A DNA stretch of 64,000 bases, from positions 1 through 64,000 of the forward strand of contig CAKKNE010000002.1 in assembly GCA_918797485.1 (NCBI GenBank), written 5' to 3'. The notes beneath the pieces were generated by a model. That model was not told the origin of the DNA. It did no database searches and saw only the letters and a list, made by a program, of their open reading frames with translations. Source of the stretch: Pelagomonas calceolata. Its lineage: Eukaryota. Shown piece by piece: positions 33,513 to 45,161 of this stretch; the stretch's first letter is position 1, and each line of letters begins with the position of its first letter. The translations under genes and the position numbers were made by a program.

Positions 33513-36500
33513 TCACTTCTTGGGGATCTCGAAGACGACCTCCCGCGTCTGCATGTTCGCCGGCGCGGCCGCGACCATGGGCATGAGAGCGGCGATGCCG
33601 TAGGGCAGCGGGGGCTCGTCGTCGCCCCCGTCGACCAACTGCGTCGACAGCTCCCAGTAGTCGCCGTCGCCGGACGCGACGACGTCCTCGACGACGCGGA
33701 CCTCGTCGAACGTGGCGTCCGTGTCGCGGAACACGACGCCCTTGTACTTGGCCCGGAGCCGGCCGCGCGTCGCGGCGTCGCCGCCCCGGCGCGCGATCGC
33801 GGCGGCCTCCCAGGATTCCGTCTGCATGACGAACGGCGCGCCGTCGGCGCGCTGCGAGCCCGTCTCGGGCCGCCACAAACCCTCCTCAAAGGCTTTCGCA
33901 CCGAGGCGCAGCCGCACGCCGCGCGACGGGCGGCCGTCCGCTTCGTCCAGTAACACGTCGCAAGTCTCCGCCTTGGTTCGCGCTTGCTCGCGCAGCAGGC
34001 GCGTCAGCTCCGTCGACGACAGGTCGTCCGTCCCGTTTTTGACGCGCTGTCTGTCGCGGCGCGGCCGGTCGACGCGCGGCGGCGGCGGCGGCGGCGGCGC
34101 GCGGCGGCGCGGCGGCTTCGCCTCGTCGGCGGGCGTCTTCGCTTTCTTGGCCGCCGGCGGCTTGCGGGCCGCGGCCTTGCGCTTCGGGGCCGCCTTGGGC
34201 TTCTTCGGCGCCGGCGCCTTGCGCTCCTTGCGCTCGACGAACGTCCAGGGCGCGCCCGCGTCGTCGCCGGCGTCGTCGCCGGCGCGGCGCGACAGCTTCA
34301 CGTGCTCCTTGCGGCCGTCGGCGAACTCGAGCTCGTGGTGGGTCGCAGCGAGCGCGGCGGCGGCGCGCTTCTCGGCCGCTTCGCGCAGCTGGCGCGTGTA
34401 CTCGGACGACGACACGCCGGCCGCGAACGCGTCGGGCTTTTTGCGCTCGCGGCGGCCGCGCGCCGGTGCCGGCGCCGGCGCGTCGTCGTCGCTGCTCGAG
34501 TCTTCGAGGAGCACGCGCTTGCCGAGGACCGTCGCGCGTTCGCCGCGGACGGCGATGACGTCGTGCTTGGCGAGCTTGCTGGAGTCCGTCGGCGCGGCCT
34601 TGGGCTTGGGCGCGGGCGGCGGGGGCGGCGGCGGCGGCGGCGGCGCCTCGGCGAAGCGAAAGTGCTCGGGCTCGCCGTCGGCGGGCGCCGGCGGGTCGCC
34701 GTCGCCGGCGAACGGCTCGTCCTGCAACACTTGGTAGAGCGCCTCGCCGTCCGTGTAGGCGATCTTGAGCTTGCCCTCGCGCTGGCCGGCGACGCGGCCG
34801 AGGAACCACTCGCCGTCGCCGGCCCAGTAGACTTCGACCCACCGGCCGACTCGCGCGTCGCGCGGCACCTGTGTCCGCGCCCGCTTCGGCGCGGGCGCGG
34901 GCTCCGCGGGCTCCGCGGGCTCCGCGGGCTCCGCGGGCTCCGGCTCCACCGGCGCGGGCGCGGGCGGCGCCTCGGGGCTCGCGTACCGGCAGGCCGCGAG
35001 ACCGACGCGCTCGACGACGCCCGCGCGGTCGACGCCGTCGACGCGGCAGACGACGCGCAGGCCCGGCGCCGGCGTCGGCGTCGCGGTCGCCGCGGCGGCG
35101 CGGCGGCGGCCGCGGACGTAGGCGGCGGCGGCCGCCGCGCCCGTCGTGCCCGCCGCGTGCTGGAACCGCCAGACGGGCCGCGCGAGGCCCTGCGTGTCGA
35201 GCGGCGGCAGGCGCAGCACGCGGCTCTGCGACCGGCGCGCGGCGCCCGCGTCGACGAAGCCGCAGGTCCGCCACCCGTCGTAGCCGGCGCAGCGCGCGCC
35301 GACGACGACGCAGCGCCGGAGGCCGTCGCGCGCGACGAGGAACGGCGGCGCGCGGCGGCCCGTGGACGAGACGCCCGCGTGGTGCGAGAGGTCGTACTCG
35401 ACGACGTCGCCGCGCTCGGGCTCGTCGTCCCAGCGCCACGTCGCGCCGAACGTCGAGGCGTCGAGCCGCTGGCCGGCGAGCAACGTCGGCGTGGCGTCGA
35501 GCGCGACGCTGAAGAGCGTCGGCGGTGCGGCATCGCCTTCGGCCGGCGCGTCGGACGCGCCTTCAGCGGCCGCGCCGGCGCCTTCGGCCGGCGCCTCGGT
35601 CGGCGCGAGCGGCGCGACGACGCCGCGCGCCCAGGCACCGCCGGCCTGGAGGACGCGGACGCGGTCGCCCGGCGCCGCGCGGCGCTCCTCCTTGCGGCGG
35701 TGCCGCGTCGCGACGGCCGCCAGGAGCGCCGCGCCGGCGTCGGCGCCGCCGCCGTCCTTCTGGCGCGCGAGCCAGGCCTTGTTGGCGCCGTGGCCCGTGG
35801 GGTTGAACCAGTTCTTGACGGACTGGAGCACCTGCGCGACGCGAGCGTGACGCGCGTCGGACGGTCATCAAGGACGCGGGGCGCGCGCCACGGCGTTCTG
35901 GTCCGCGTCGCCGTCGCGCAGCAGGTAGAGGTCGTGCTTCGCGCGGTTCGCCCGCACGAGGTCGCGGAAGAGGTCCTTCCACGCGCCGCGGAGGTCCAGG
36001 CGCTCGGCGCGGCGGCGCGCGGCGACGGCGCGCGCCGCCTCGCGCACGGCGCCGTCCGCGGCCGACTCGGCGTCGTAGGGCACGCAGCAGATGTTGTTGC
36101 ACTCGAGGAAGACGTGCGTCACGCCGCAGCGCGCGTCGCCGAAGCAGTCGCGGAGCCGGCCGAGCTCGAGCGGCCCGAAGCTGAGCTCGCCCAGGTTCAC
36201 GGACCAGATGCGCGGCGCGCAGCGCTCGGCCGGGGGCGCCGCGCGCTGCGCGTCGTCGGCCGCCGCGAGGCCCGCCGCGAGCGCCGCGGCCGCCGCGTGC
36301 TCGACGTCCGCCTCGTAGAGGTCCGCGCGGACGCCGAGCGCCGCGTCGTCGAAGCGCGCGCGGAAGAGCGGCACGAAGGGCCCGTGGGGGTCGAGGCGGA
36401 CCTTGGTCTCGGCCGGCGGCCGGTAGCCGTCGATCGTCGCCGCGACCGGCGCCGCGCCGTCCGCCGGCTCGAGGACGACGCGCCGGCCGAGCCACGACGA

Positions 36501-37160
36501 CCCCGTCCGCCGCCAGGCGACCTGCTCCTTCTTCCGCGCGCCGCCGCTCCCGCGGCCCGCCGCCGCCGTGAAGCCGCCGCCGCCGCCGCCGCCGCCGCGC
36601 GGCCCGCGGAGCGCGCCGAGCAGCTTCTCGAAGCACGCGCCGGTCTGGAGCGGGATGGCGCCCTGGAGGAACGCGATCTGGATGGGGGGGCGCGGCTCCG
36701 CGAGCACCTTGTCGAGCACGTACTCGACCTGTGCGAAAGGGGGTGAAGGGCGACTCTCAACTATTTTTGCGTCGCGCCGGGGGCGCGCCTGCTCGCGGCT
36801 CTTCTTGTCGACGAGGTCGTCGAGCCGCAGCACGGCGACGCGCGCCGCGAAGGCGTCGTCGGCCTCGTCGTCGTCGCGCGCGAAGAAGCTGTCGACGCGC
36901 TCGCGCCACTTGGTCAGCTTCTTCTCGTAGTGCTCGCCCGCGTGGCTGCCGGGCCGGCAGTCGGCCCGCGCGACGGCGCGCGCCGTGCCGCCGCCGATGG
37001 TGTACTTGACGCGGAGCGTGCCGTCGTCGTTGATCGCGCGCACGACGCCGACGCCGCCGTCGCCCTGGCCGCGCGTCTCCTTGACGGTGACGACGTCGCC
37101 GATCTGGATGTTGTCACATGCGTTTTCCTTGCCGCACGACGCTTTGTCTATGCAGGCCAT
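33513..37160 (-). CDS. Large multi-Tudor/SH3-like protein, probably chromatin-associated; intron 35832-35891 and a probable in-frame intron 36729-36788
   Basis: VGRWVEVYWAGDGEWFLGRV....KIAYTDGE (Tudor-like); N-terminal IGDVVTV...G.GVV.....GTLRVKY; basic NLS-like tracts. Confidence 0.65.
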
Positions 37161-37504
37161 TTCTGAACTATCTTTGCGCGCTGGCCCGGTTTGTCGGATC
37201 GGGCCGAAACTCTTTTTTTTTTGCTGCTGTTGCGCTAGGGAGCGGGCCTCCAGCAGATACTCGGTGAGCGGGGTGGCTGCGATGTCGCTTAACTCCTCCT
37301 CGCGTGCTCCAAACGTCCCTCAATTTAAAAATCCTCTGGCGCGCCGAGGGCTTTTGTGGCTAGTGTCACAGTACGCTAGTCACGCTGCTCACAGGCCGCG
37401 GCCAGGTTTGGGTACGCAGCGAGAGGGGCCCTATCACTCTAATTCGCACGACTACGGCACCCACTGCACGCGTTCGCAGCGAACCGACGACTAGACGATA
37501 TAAA

Positions 37505-38699
37505 ATGGCGCTGCTGCCGCGCACCGCCGCACTCCTGACGACGGTGACGCAGTGCCGCGCCCTGAGCCAGCGGGCAGGCGCGCGGTACCTGCTTGTTGAC
37601 GGTCATAACTTGATTTATCGCGCCTTCTACGCGATGCCGCAGCTCAGCCGGTCGGGCGACCGACCGGTGGGCGCGGTCATGGGCGTGGCCAACACGTTCC
37701 TCAAGCTCGCGCTGCCCTACTCGCGCGTCGTCTTCTGCCTCGACCCAAAGGGCCCCGGCTGGCGCGAGGAGCTGTTTGCGACTGCGTGGAAATCAACCGG
37801 TGAGTTAGGTTACTGAGAATTATTGCGAGAGACCTTTGCCAACCTTCACGCCATCGAGCAGACGCGGTTACGTGGAGAACCGCGTCGGTGGCGTGGAAAC
37901 AGACGCAGTGATGGGCACAACATCGCGCCAACGCGTGGGGCGCGCTTGGAATTTGATTTCCACACAGGTGCGCGAGCTACAAGGAAACTCGGCCGAAGAT
38001 GCCGCCGGAACTGCGGCCCCAGGTCGCCGACGCGGCGGCCGTCGCGCGCGCGTTCTCGGCGGCGGTCGTGTGCGTCGACGGCTACGAAGCCGACGACGTG
38101 ATCGCGACGCTCGCGGCGCGACATCGCGGCGAGGGCGTCGACGTGCTGACCGGCGACAAGGACTTGCTGCAGCTCGCGGCGTACGACGGCGTGCGCATCT
38201 TGGACCCGCAGGGGGACCCGGTCGACGCGGCGAAGAAGTTCGGCGTCCCGCCGGGCCGCATCGGCGACTACCTCGCGCTCGTCGGCGACGCGTCGGACAA
38301 CGTCGCGGGCGTCCGCGGCTGCGGGCCCAAGTCCGCGGTCGCGTTCAGTGCGCAAATCAAATTTCGCGGTGCTCTGCTCTCTACTGGATCGACGTGCCCA
38401 GAATTGATGTCCCACAGGTCGCACTGATCGAGGCCTTCGGCGACCTCGACGCGATCCTGGCCGGGGCGCCGGACTCGGACGCGGTGCCGAAGCGCGCGAG
38501 GGCCGCCATCGCCGCGTGCGACGGCGAGGCGCTCCGTCGCGACCGGCGCCTCGTGATGCTGCGGGAAGACGTGCCGCTGCCGCCGCTCGCCTTCGACCCG
38601 TTCGCCTGGGACAACGTCCTCGCCATGGCGGACCGCTTTGAGTTCACCACGTTCCGGCGGCGCGCCGAAGCGCTGATGCGTGACGACGGTCTAAAATAG
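37505..38699 (+). CDS. DNA polymerase I-type 5'-3' exonuclease / flap endonuclease (probably organellar); introns 37774-37967 and 38338-38417
   Basis: LVDGHNLIYRAFYA, YK.TR..MPPEL, GYEADDVIATL, TGDKDLLQL and ALVGD.SDNV.GV.G.GPK.A. Confidence 0.92.
37774..37967 (+). mobile_element. Best-preserved introner element, 194 nt
   Basis: TIR CTGCGTGGAAATCAA / TTGATTTCCACACAG (14/15); TSD GTTTGCGA vs GTGCGCGA. The donor lies in the TSD and the acceptor in the TIR. Confidence 0.85.
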
Positions 38700-38847
38700 T
38701 AGTTGTGTGTCGATTGTTATACCACCACGTCTTCGGCACATGTGGCGGACCGCTTCGAGTTCGCCACGTTCCGGCGGCGCGCCGAGGCGCTGATGCGCGA
38801 GGATGAGGAGTAAAATAGTAGTTGTGTGTCGAATAGAATATCTACCA
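38626..38847 (+). repeat. Tandem duplication (117-bp period) of the exonuclease gene's last codons and 3' UTR
   Basis: TGGCGGACCGCTT...TAAAATAGTAGTTGTGTGTCGA at 38626 and 38743. Confidence 0.9.
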
Positions 38848-38864
38848 CTATTTTTAAATTAGCA

Positions 38865-39443
38865 CTACACGCGCGGCCCAGCGACCCTTCGGAGGTCGCC
38901 GAGCGCGGTCGCTTCGTCCTTGGCGAAGCGAAAGAGCGACGCGACGTGAATTTTGGCGCGAATGAGCGCGGCGATCGTCGCGACGAGCACCACGGTGAGG
39001 AACGTCGCCTCGGGCCCGCCGAAGAGGATCCAGATGCCAAACACGGACGCGACGAGGACCGAGACGACGCCCGCCCAGAAGAGCGCGAAGACCCGTCGTC
39101 GCAGCGCGTAGAGGCCGTCGACGGCGCGGACCATGGACCCGTCGGCGCCGCGCGTCGACAGCGACGAGCCGTACACGCTCAGCATCGTCGTCGTCGCGAC
39201 GCAGAGGATGTTGCAGGCCAGCGACACCATGTTCGAGGTCCAGAACAGAAACAGCAGCGCGCGGTTCGCGTCCGGCGACGGCGCGAACTCGATGAGCGCC
39301 GTGATCGAAAAGCCCGCCATGACCGCCGCTTGCGTGCCGACCGTCGTCAAGTTCAGGTGGTGCAGCCCGAACTCCTTCCACTTGAGCTGGACCGCGCCGC
39401 GAGCGATGCGGCTCTCGAGGAGGAGCTTGTCCGCCGCGAGCAT
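38865..39443 (-). CDS. Four-TM membrane protein, Orai-like
   Basis: TM1 TQAAVMAGFSITALIE vs recalled Orai TSALLSGFAMVAMVE; three further hydrophobic helices. Confidence 0.6.
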   Translation of the reverse strand: MLAADKLLLESRIARGAVQLKWKEFGLHHLNLTTVGTQAAVMAGFSITALIEFAPSPDANRALLFLFWTSNMVSLACNILCVATTTMLSVYGSSLSTRGADGSMVRAVDGLYALRRRVFALFWAGVVSVLVASVFGIWILFGGPEATFLTVVLVATIAALIRAKIHVASLFRFAKDEATALGDLRRVAGPRV

Positions 39444-40082
39444 CGCTGCGCTCTGCTACCGTCGTCGGCTGTGCATGCTCATCCCTTTAAAAATCATATT
39501 CGCAGCAGTGATGCGATTAGGAGTTACGGAGCGGTTCAGGCGTGCTGTAAGAGGTCCCTCGTGCTGCTTTTGCGAGCGCTGGCTATGCGATCGCGTCGCA
39601 GTCGGCGTCCCTGTGTGCGTTTTGCAAAAGTGCCAATTCGGGTTTTGTGGGCGGAGCGGGGCGAGCGGATACGTAGGCTTACTGGCGGTCGTAGAAGCGC
39701 GAAGCGTCGACGGCGTGGCTGGCCGTGTTGGCGAAGTCCGGGCACGCGGCCGCCGACGAGGCGGCGTTGATCTCAAGTCCTTCGTGCGAACGTGCGGTGG
39801 TGACAGGGGATTCTTGAGGAGGGCCGCGGCGTGCTCGGACTCTAGTCGCGACGAATTCGACCCGGGTCATCAGTACCCAGGTCCGGCCGACGATCGCCGC
39901 GTAGCAGACCCGGTCGGAGGAGCCGGCTAGAAAGAGCTAGCGATCTCCATGCAGGGAATCAAAGTAAAGCACTTTGGACGAGGAAACCTGGTTCAAAGTT
40001 TCGGACTTCTCGCGCGCAACTTTTGGACATCGAGGGGCTGCCCCATCTGGCTGCCCCAACACCTAGCCAAAAGCAATCAAAC

Positions 40083-41168
40083 ATGGAAGACGAACGCACG
40101 AACCACGAATTCCTCGAAGACGAAGCGTCGCGGCCCCGGGCGCGCGTCGTGGTGCTGCACCGCGATAATGACACGGCAGGGGGGTGCCAGGTCGAATTCA
40201 ACAGCTACGGCAGCCCCTTCCACTTCGACGTCGAGCTGGCGCGGCAGGGGTGCTCCGTGGTCTACCCGGCGGCGCCGCAGACGCGATCGCGCGGCGCCGG
40301 GGCGCCGCTGCTCCGGCCGGCGTCGCCGCCGACGTCGGACGACGACGACGACGCGCCCGCGCGCCCGCCGGCGCTGACCGCCGACACGGAGGCGCTCGCC
40401 GCGGCGGCGACGGCCGCGGTCCGGCGCGCCGTCGACGAGGACGGCATCGCCGCGGACCGCGTCTTCGTCGGCGGCTTCGACGGCGGCGGCGCGGCGGCGC
40501 TCGCCGTCGCGTGCCAGCTGGACGTCGCGATCGGCGGCTACTTTTGCCTCTTCGGCGGGCGCGGCGTCGGCGTCGCGGACTGCCGAGCTCTGCGGGCCGC
40601 GGCGCGGGCGGCCCCCGCGGCGCCCGGCGTCGCGGTCAAGTTCGGCCGCGAGCGTGGGACCGCCGACGACGCAAAGAACGACAACAATGACCTCGCCGAT
40701 TCGTTCTCGGCGCGGGGCTTCGCCGTCGAGGCCTGGGACGCGGACCTCGACGTCCAGAACGGCGAGGGCCTCGTCTGGGCCCAGGTCGCGCGCGCCGGCA
40801 ACTGGGTCACCGCGCAGCTGCCCAAACAGGCGGCGGCCGTCGCGCGGCCGAAGCAGCCGCCCCGCAAGCCGGCGCCCGCGGACCGCGTCGACCGGACGCG
40901 CGTGGGCTACGCGCTCGAGACGCTCGGGGCGGGACGGACGCGGGCGATTTTCACCGTGCCCGACGGCGCCGAGGAGCTTCTGGCCAAGTACCCGATTTAT
41001 TGCAACAACTCGGCCTTCGACGTCAAAGCACGCGGCCCGGGCCGCCTGGCGACCGACTTCGTCAGCCCGACGCCCGAGGCCACCGCGCGCACGATCGCGG
41101 CGCGCCTCACCGCGCGCTTGACGGACCCCGGTGGGACCGGCGCCGAGGAGGCGTGTGTGGTTTCCTAG
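40083..41168 (+). CDS. Acyl-protein-thioesterase-like alpha/beta hydrolase, probably inactive, with CaaX end
   Basis: GIAADRVFVGGFDGGGAAAL where the family has GFSQGG; ends CVVS. Confidence 0.65.
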   Translation: MEDERTNHEFLEDEASRPRARVVVLHRDNDTAGGCQVEFNSYGSPFHFDVELARQGCSVVYPAAPQTRSRGAGAPLLRPASPPTSDDDDDAPARPPALTADTEALAAAATAAVRRAVDEDGIAADRVFVGGFDGGGAAALAVACQLDVAIGGYFCLFGGRGVGVADCRALRAAARAAPAAPGVAVKFGRERGTADDAKNDNNDLADSFSARGFAVEAWDADLDVQNGEGLVWAQVARAGNWVTAQLPKQAAAVARPKQPPRKPAPADRVDRTRVGYALETLGAGRTRAIFTVPDGAEELLAKYPIYCNNSAFDVKARGPGRLATDFVSPTPEATARTIAARLTARLTDPGGTGAEEACVVS

Positions 41169-41397
41169 AGGAGTAGTCATTTTTTTATTCAAGTTCACTG
41201 CTACTAGTACTAGAGCAGCAGCGGCCCACCGTTTATAGAGTCTAGACGACAAGTCACAAGGACAAAGTTTGACGTTAGCTAAGAACGGTGCGCACGCGTC
41301 GCCGTCGACGACGCGAGAAAGTCTCTATGGAAGCCGTGCAGGACGCGCGAGCGAGGCAGGGAACAGAACAGAGCCACGTCGGTCTTCGTTGCCAAAA

Positions 41398-41421
41398 GGG
41401 TGGTTTCTGAAGAAACCGGGT
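41398..41421 (-). promoter_or_regulatory. Histone 3' stem-loop of H3
   Basis: Sense strand ACCC GGTTTC TTCA GAAACC ACCC, about 55 nt after the stop. Confidence 0.85.
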
Positions 41422-41470
41422 AAGTTGTGGGAGGACGGAAGACGCCACAAACCAATAAGGTTCGAAACGC

Positions 41471-42530
<1,060 letters not shown>

Positions 42531-42607
42531 ATCTACCCCCGAGCCCGGGCCGCCGCGCCGCCGCTGATCAAGACCGGCGGTGGTCGCCGACGGCCCATCT
42601 CATTCAC

Positions 42608-42631
42608 ACCCGGTTTCTTCTGAAACCACCC
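42608..42631 (+). promoter_or_regulatory. Histone 3' stem-loop of H4
   Basis: ACCC GGTTTC TTCT GAAACC ACCC. Confidence 0.85.
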
Positions 42632-42761
42632 TTTTTCTACGAAGGAGCTACTCCCTGCCCGGCACCCGTCTCCCCCCGCCGCGCACGGCATTCCCGCGTG
42701 CCGCGCGCGCGCGACGTGATTCGTAAATGTGCTTTCCCATAGGTGGTGCTCTACTGGGGTA

Positions 42762-45039
42762 CCTCTCCGGCCTAGAATAAGTGTAACCGTTCAAAGATTT
42801 TTGTACCGAGCGTCAACGGTGCACGCAATTGGAGCCTTTAAATATGCTGTTGAATGCCGCAGCCGTGCGCGGCCTCATCCCCAATGTGCCGCCGCTCTCT
42901 CCGCGGTTTGTGGGACCGCCGCCGCCTGTTTCGGTCAAGCGCAAGGCCCTCTTTAGCCCGACGGGCAGCCGCGACATTCCGCACCCCGTTAAGTTCGAGA
43001 ACCTCGTGCCAAGCATCTGCCTCTACAAGCATCGCTTCAAGGACGAAGAGCCCCCGTATTTTCAGCTAAAACATGGTAAAGGCAGGAAATCAAACCTCAC
43101 CAACTGCGCCGCGGCGAACCTATTACGCGAGTACGAGCTGGTCAAGGCGAACGCATTACCGGGCACGTGTGCTGACGTGCTGGAGCACTATCAGACGACG
43201 AAAGCCACCATCTCGCGCCTCAAAAAGAGACTAAAAGCTACCGGAACCACAGACTCGAGAAAAAAAGGTACATCTGCAGCGTCCTTTGGTCACTTCAACG
43301 GCCGCCGAGAGTCGCCCAGCGACTGCGTCGACGCCACGCGAGAGAGCGCCGCTCGTTCGGGTCGGTACGGGGGGTTCGCGCGCCGCGACGGCAGGCCCCA
43401 TGGGCCCCCAGCGGAGACTAAACTGAAATTTATCCTAAGGTAACGTGGGGAGGACGAGCAAGGCCGACGACCCCCGGATTATTAAGCAGACGCGCGATAT
43501 TTATAGAAAGAACCGCGCTTTGAAGACGCGCGACGTGTGCGCCATCGGGGTCCAAGACGGCGAGGGTAACAACATCGGCCTCACGACGGTTAAAAAGATA
43601 AAAAAGAAGCACTTCAAGACGCATGGCGTCACTCCACGGCCCAGGATCGTGGATCAGAAGCACGCCGACGCTGCATTAGCTGATGCCGAATACATCTACC
43701 AAGCTAATTTCGAGGAGATCGCAGATGTCGACGAAAAGTACTTCTTTGTCCCTGGTTACCACGAGAAGTACACATACCATAAAAAAGAAGAGCCTCCAGC
43801 CAAAGAGCTGTACAAACGATGCAAAAACAAGAACCACCTCATGAAGATCATGGTCATGGCGATGGTCTCGCAGCCAAAACGGTCAAAGGATGGGTTGAGC
43901 TGGGAGCGAGACGGCAAGGTAGGCATCTGGCGGGTGACGGAGGAGAAAGTATACGAGAAGGGCATCATAGAAGGCTATACATTGAGACCAGACAAACGAT
44001 TCACGAAACAAGTCGGAAAGATGGTTAGAGAGCCAGTCTACAGCAGAAAGGCGGGTGACAAGTACCAGGTCGACTGCTCCATGGATGGTGCGAAGTACTG
44101 CGAGATGATGGTTCAGACGAATGGTGGCCTGGCAGCCGTCCAAAAGTACTTCAAAGACTCTGGATTGGACTGTATCGAAATACAAGAAGATGGGGCACCC
44201 GGTCACGGCTATGACAACCATACTTGGCCTCCGTCGCGGACGGAGAACCACAAAACTTTAGATAAGGCTGCCAAAACGTACCGAATTAAATTCGAAAGCA
44301 GGCAGGCCACTGCCCCTCGCACAACGCCCTCGACCAGGCGGTGTGGACGCACTTGGCCAGCCGTGTGCGCAAGCGCGTCAATGAATTCAAGGAGCAGATG
44401 CCGAAGGACAAGTTATTAGACTTGCTGTGGAAAGTCATCGAGGAAGAATTTTGGGCTATGGACCCGGAGATCCTCGACGACTGCTTCTGGTCCAAGGATG
44501 AGGCGGCCAAGGACACGATCCGCCTGAAGGGCTGGAGCAAGGGCAAGCAGGAGCATAGCCAAGTACGCATTACGAAGAAGAAGTACCTCCAATCAATGGG
44601 TTGGAAGCGCATTCCGCACCAGCTACCCAAGGCATTGGCCGACATCGCCAACGACCCCAACAAGAAAGGTTACTGGGACTTTTCCAGCGGCGATGAGAGT
44701 CTGTAGAGCCCCTCGGGCCGCGCCGCCGCCCGCGTTCGAGTAAGACATAAACTGCACGTAGCTAACCCTCAAATGCGCCGCGCTACCTGCCCATACGCAT
44801 GTGATGCCTCGAAGATGGTTCACGTCGCTAACGCAAGCGTATAGGCTATCGCAGAGGGTATCGCTATGGAAGCAGTAAATGAGCCCGGTATAATCAGCGG
44901 CGCGGCACCCGGCAGCCCCGTTTTTTGGCGCCGCGAGGGCCTAGGTACCCCTTGCCGATAACCAAACACTGCCAGTTTATTTTAACGCCGCCGGGGCCGC
45001 GCAACCCATAAGGTTACACTTAAAGACGTCCGGAGACGG
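42762..45039 (+). mobile_element. Tc1/mariner-superfamily DNA transposon, copy 1 (2278 bp)
   Basis: TA on both sides; imperfect TIRs CC(G)TCTCCGG-N7-TAAGTGTAACC; encodes a transposase; near-identical to 48939-51208. Confidence 0.93.
42844..44706 (+). pseudogene. Mariner-type transposase; intron 43268-43439; 1-nt frameshift near 44293
   Basis: Spliced SRKKGNVGR, DVDEKYF, KIMVMAMVSQP, DGKVGIW, IQEDGAPGH and PSHNALD. Lacks one C relative to copy 2, which may be a sequencing error. Confidence 0.85.
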
Positions 45040-45161
45040 TACCTGCGGTACCATAAGCACCGTAAGGTGCTACCATGGTACGCCGTCGCCTACTAAAAGT
45101 GGACATATATATCGAAACAACATAACTCAGCACACAATAAAGACAGCCACCCAACAAAGAA

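Noticed and set aside
43268..43439. Transposase intron as an introner, or this mariner as the introner mobiliser
   Set aside because: The intron has no clear 8-bp TSD or family TIR; mariner makes TA duplications and its TIRs do not resemble the introner ends.
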